Of a stretch of DNA of 64,000 nucleotides, positions 60,932 to 64,000 are shown in pieces. The translations under genes and the position numbers were made by a program. Source of the DNA: Acidobacteriota bacterium (GTDB taxonomy: Bacteria; Acidobacteriota; Thermoanaerobaculia; Gp7-AA8). The stretch is taken from contig JAFATB010000014.1 of assembly GCA_019244185.1 (NCBI GenBank), forward strand, positions 224,001 to 288,000, in the 5' to 3' direction. Position 1 is the first letter of the stretch; the number at the start of each line of letters is the position of its first letter. The notes under the pieces are model-generated. The model had not been told where the DNA came from, searched no databases, and saw nothing but the letters and a program-made list of their open reading frames with translations.

Positions 60932-61599
60932 TGGCTTCCGCGCGCGCGGCCGACGTTGCCTCGACGCTCGCGTCCCTCTACGACATCCGCTCGCTCCGCA
61001 CGTACGTCCGTTGGAAAGTGCGCAGCGATCCCGCGTACGCCGCCGTGCTCGCGCGCGTGCGCGACTACGCGCAGCCGCTGCTCGACCTCGGCTGCGGCGT
61101 CGGCTTGCTGCCGTTTTATCTGCGCGAGCACGGTGTCGGCGTGCCCATCCTCGGCATCGACTTCGACGACCGCAAGATCGACGTCGCGCGCAAGGCGGCG
61201 CAGCGCTATCGCGGCATCGATTTCATCCGAGGAGACGCGCGCGACGCGTTGCCGGAAGGCCACAACATCGTCATCCTGGACATCCTTCAATACTTTCCGA
61301 CGGCAGACCAGAAACGCATCCTGACGCAGGTCGCGAAAGCCGTCGCGCCGGAAGGAATCGTCGTCATCCGCTCCGGCGTGCGCGACGCGTCGTGGCGCTT
61401 CCGCATCACGCGCGCGGTCGATGCGTTCGGACGCGCGATCCGCTGGATGCGCGCGGAGTCGCTGAACTATCCGGCGCGCGAGGAGATCGTCGGCGCATTC
61501 GACGGCTTCCACGCCGGCGTCACGCCGTTGTGGGGCGGCTCGCCGTTCAACAACTATCTCTTCGTCTTCACGCGCGGAGCTGCGCGTCGTCCGGAATGA
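60928..61599 (+). CDS. class I SAM-dependent methyltransferase
   Basis: LLDLGCGVG, GIDFD, GDA, DILQY. Confidence 0.85.
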   Translation: MMASARAADVASTLASLYDIRSLRTYVRWKVRSDPAYAAVLARVRDYAQPLLDLGCGVGLLPFYLREHGVGVPILGIDFDDRKIDVARKAAQRYRGIDFIRGDARDALPEGHNIVILDILQYFPTADQKRILTQVAKAVAPEGIVVIRSGVRDASWRFRITRAVDAFGRAIRWMRAESLNYPAREEIVGAFDGFHAGVTPLWGGSPFNNYLFVFTRGAARRPE

Positions 61600-62308
61600 C
61601 GAACGCGTAGCCGCGCTCGTGCACCGCGTCGATGACGCGCTCGAGTGAGGGCAGCGAATGCGCGCGTCCCTGATGCAGCACGATGATCGCGCCGGGGCGC
61701 AGCCGCGGCAGGATGCGCGCGGCGATCTCCTCCGGATCGCTCACCACCGCGTCGAACGCGCGCGCCGTCCAGCCGATGAGGCGCATGCCGCGCCGCGCGA
61801 GCGCCGGATGCACGAACGGATTCTTCATCCCGACCGGCGCGCGGAACCAGCGCGGCGTCGCGCCGGTGATCTCCGCGAGCGCGCGGTTGCAGCCTTCGAT
61901 CTCATTCGCGATGCGCGCCGGCGGCGAGCACCAGAAGCTGCCTGCCGGATGCGTTTCCGAATGATTGGCTACGCTGTGGCCGCGCGCGAGCATCTCTTCG
62001 ACGAGCTCGCGATGCTGCGACGCGAGCGTGCCTTTCACGAAGAACGTCGCCTTCACGCCGCGCGCGGCGAACGAGTCGAGCAGAGCGCGCGTGTCGTCGG
62101 TCGGGCCATCGTCGATCGTCAGCCACACTTCTTTGCGCGGCGTATCGAAGTGCGTGATCACGTCGCCGAGCCACTGCACGTTCGGCCGCAGCGTCGGATA
62201 GAGAATCAACGCGTGCGAGAGCGCAAGCACCGCGATGCCGCCGAGCGGCGAGTGTGGCCACAACGCGACGAGCGCGAGCGGCGCGATCGCGGCGAAGCCG
62301 AGGATCAG
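61568..62308 (-). CDS. polysaccharide deacetylase (CE4/NodB); start uncertain
   Basis: LTIDDGP, ATFF, NHSETH, FRAPVG, IVLH; N-terminal TM. Confidence 0.8.
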   Translation of the reverse strand: MILGFAAIAPLALVALWPHSPLGGIAVLALSHALILYPTLRPNVQWLGDVITHFDTPRKEVWLTIDDGPTDDTRALLDSFAARGVKATFFVKGTLASQHRELVEEMLARGHSVANHSETHPAGSFWCSPPARIANEIEGCNRALAEITGATPRWFRAPVGMKNPFVHPALARRGMRLIGWTARAFDAVVSDPEEIAARILPRLRPGAIIVLHQGRAHSLPSLERVIDAVHERGYAFVIPDDAQLRA

Positions 62309-62847
62309 CCTTCGGATGCGAACCTCCGCTCCAGCCGCGCGATCGAGCCGCGCAGGAGAAACACGATCGCCGCCGCGACGACGTTCAGCATGACGATGCC
62401 GAGAAACTGCCACGCCACGAAACTGAGCCACGACTCCGAGCGCGCGTACACGAGCGCGCCGATGAAGATCAGCAGCAGATACGCGGCGTCGATCATCGCG
62501 ACGTGGCGCTCGATCGGCACGCGCACGAGCGGCAGCAACAGGCCGACCGCGTACAACGGAATCTCGATCAGCACGATCGTGACCGGCACCGCGGCCGCGA
62601 ACGCGAGCGGTAGCGGCCACGGCTCGAACAGCTCTCCCGCGACGAAGCAGAACACCATCAGCAGGATCCAGACGCTCACGCCGAACTGCTCGCCCGCGCT
62701 CTGATCGCGATCGATGAACAGCGCCACCTCTTTCGGCTCGGGACGCGCGCGGAGCAGTCGCAGATACGCGTACAACCGGAACAGCGCATAGCGGTGCCGC
62801 GACGGCAGCCACCGCGCCTCCGCATGTCCGCGAATCGTCTGCCTCAA
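62305..62847 (-). CDS. hypothetical membrane protein (about four TM)
   Basis: GGAGGAG RBS, TTG overlapping the upstream TGA; hydrophobic segments. Confidence 0.65.
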   Translation of the reverse strand: MRQTIRGHAEARWLPSRHRYALFRLYAYLRLLRARPEPKEVALFIDRDQSAGEQFGVSVWILLMVFCFVAGELFEPWPLPLAFAAAVPVTIVLIEIPLYAVGLLLPLVRVPIERHVAMIDAAYLLLIFIGALVYARSESWLSFVAWQFLGIVMLNVVAAAIVFLLRGSIARLERRFASEG

Positions 62848-63743
62848 CCGAGCTCCTCCGAGTACGGCTGAAACGCGAACCACTGAAACCACGCGTCGCG
62901 CAACACGCGCTCGAGCTCGACGGTCCATTGCGCGACGGCGCGCTCGAACGCTTCCGTGCGGTCGCGCGTGCGCAGCACGTCGAACGGCGCGAACGCCGCG
63001 AGGCGATAGCGGCGACGGCCGAGGCGGAAGATGAAGATCGGATAGATCGGCACGCGCGCCGCCATCGCCAGCGCGAACGGTCCGGCGGGGACCGACGTCG
63101 TTTTGCCGAAGAGCTTCGCCGGCAGCGCCGAGATGCCGGGCGTCACGCGGTCGCCCTGGATGGCGATGATCTCGCCGCGCTGCAGCGAATGCAGCAGATC
63201 GAGTGCGAGCTCGCTCGCGCGCGAGCTGAAGTCGACTTTCAGATTCTCCTCGAGCATGCGCCCGTGCTTCGCTTCTTCATACGCGCGCGTCTGCGGATCG
63301 ATCTCGGGCGCGCGTACCATGACGATCTGCCGGTGCGAGTTCTCGGCGAAGATGTGCGCGCCGAGGTCGTAGTTGCCCATGTGCGCGGTGAGGATGATCG
63401 CCCCGCCGTCGCGCGCCTGCAGGTTCTCGAAGTGCTCGAGTCCGACGAAGTCCCAGTCGGGGCTGATGCGCTGCTCCTGAAAGCGCACGTTGTCGGTGAT
63501 CGTCCACGCGTAGTTCCAGAAGACGCGGAACGTGCGCAGGAAGTTGCCGGCCGACGTCGAGCCGGGAAGGATCGCGGTGAGATTGCGCATCACGCCGCGG
63601 CGGCCGGGACCCCACAGCAGGAAAAAGAGCGACCACGAGCCGATGACGATCGGCTCGAGCCAGAGCGGCACGTGCAGCACGGCCCAGCGCAGAAACTGGC
63701 GCCAGAACACGCCGTGCACGAGGAAGCGCCGGTGCCAGTTCAC
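62844..63743 (-). CDS. LpxL/HtrB-like lysophospholipid acyltransferase
   Basis: TAHMGNYD (HxxxxD), IQGDR, FG, PAGP, QWF. Confidence 0.85.
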   Translation of the reverse strand: MNWHRRFLVHGVFWRQFLRWAVLHVPLWLEPIVIGSWSLFFLLWGPGRRGVMRNLTAILPGSTSAGNFLRTFRVFWNYAWTITDNVRFQEQRISPDWDFVGLEHFENLQARDGGAIILTAHMGNYDLGAHIFAENSHRQIVMVRAPEIDPQTRAYEEAKHGRMLEENLKVDFSSRASELALDLLHSLQRGEIIAIQGDRVTPGISALPAKLFGKTTSVPAGPFALAMAARVPIYPIFIFRLGRRRYRLAAFAPFDVLRTRDRTEAFERAVAQWTVELERVLRDAWFQWFAFQPYSEELG

Positions 63744-64000
63744 GCGCGGATGATATCGCCCAGCTCGCGGTCGACGGAGCGCAGCCGCGGGCGCAGCAGC
63801 GAGAAGATGGGACCGCGCAGCAGCGCGTCGTCGCCAGGATACGTCGGCACGACATGCAGCGGGAAGCGCTCGAAGATCTCGGCGTCGCTGCGCTTGCGGC
63901 GGCGCTGCACGTCCGCGCGTTTCTCCGCGAGCCGCGCTTCGTTGCGGAAGATCCAGTCGAGCGCGCGGAACTGCATCGCCGTCAGCGGATCGTCGATGGC
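63740..64000 (-). CDS. C-terminal fragment of a gene starting beyond the window, possibly a GT2 tail
   Basis: Open frame to the window edge; GTGA overlap with the acyltransferase; 'KRADVQRRRKRSDAEIF' resembles basic GT2 C-terminal helices. Confidence 0.45.
   Translation of the reverse strand, partial: AIDDPLTAMQFRALDWIFRNEARLAEKRADVQRRRKRSDAEIFERFPLHVVPTYPGDDALLRGPIFSLLRPRLRSVDRELGDIIRA

Noticed and set aside
63744-63755. TATCAT 6 nt before the acyltransferase GTG as a leaderless promoter
   Set aside because: Lies inside the upstream CDS at a GTGA coupling junction and could be chance; not counted

Overview
High-GC bacterial chromosomal segment with about 60 genes. The gene families (Acidobacteria-type VWA protein, Oar-like TonB receptor, secreted 'AATLLLPYFEVD' protein, PKD surface protein) suggest Acidobacteriota, probably Thermoanaerobaculia; this is inference. 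I saw no rRNA, tRNA, CRISPR array or mobile element. Layout: (1) 1-5.3 kb, a TonB receptor/FabG/non-canonical KAS III/hydrolase/acyl-CoA ligase/TetR cluster with no ACP; (2) 5.4-21.7 kb, envelope, redox and signalling genes; (3) 21.7-27.5 kb, a membrane pyrophosphatase and a flavin-fold/GAF/wHTH regulator pair divergent from a hemerythrin, with 11-bp-phased direct repeats between them; (4) 29.1-43.3 kb, a MidA/NDUFAF7-type methyltransferase, then nuoABCD-HIJKLMN with no nuoEFG, running directly into F0 ATP synthase genes; (5) 43.6-60.5 kb, an XRE/TPR/secreted-protein operon divergent from a Wzm...Wzt glycan-export locus that encloses three secreted proteins, one a candidate S-layer protein; (6) 60.5-64 kb, response regulator, methyltransferase and a deacetylase/acyltransferase cluster. 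The strongest candidate for an undescribed system is the complex I variant: NuoB carries an extra C-terminal four-Cys Fe-S domain, the NADH module is absent from the operon, and NuoL has a 27-residue duplication in its lateral helix (a '2M'-type signature) although the operon has only one nuoM. All calls come from reading motifs by eye; no searches were run.
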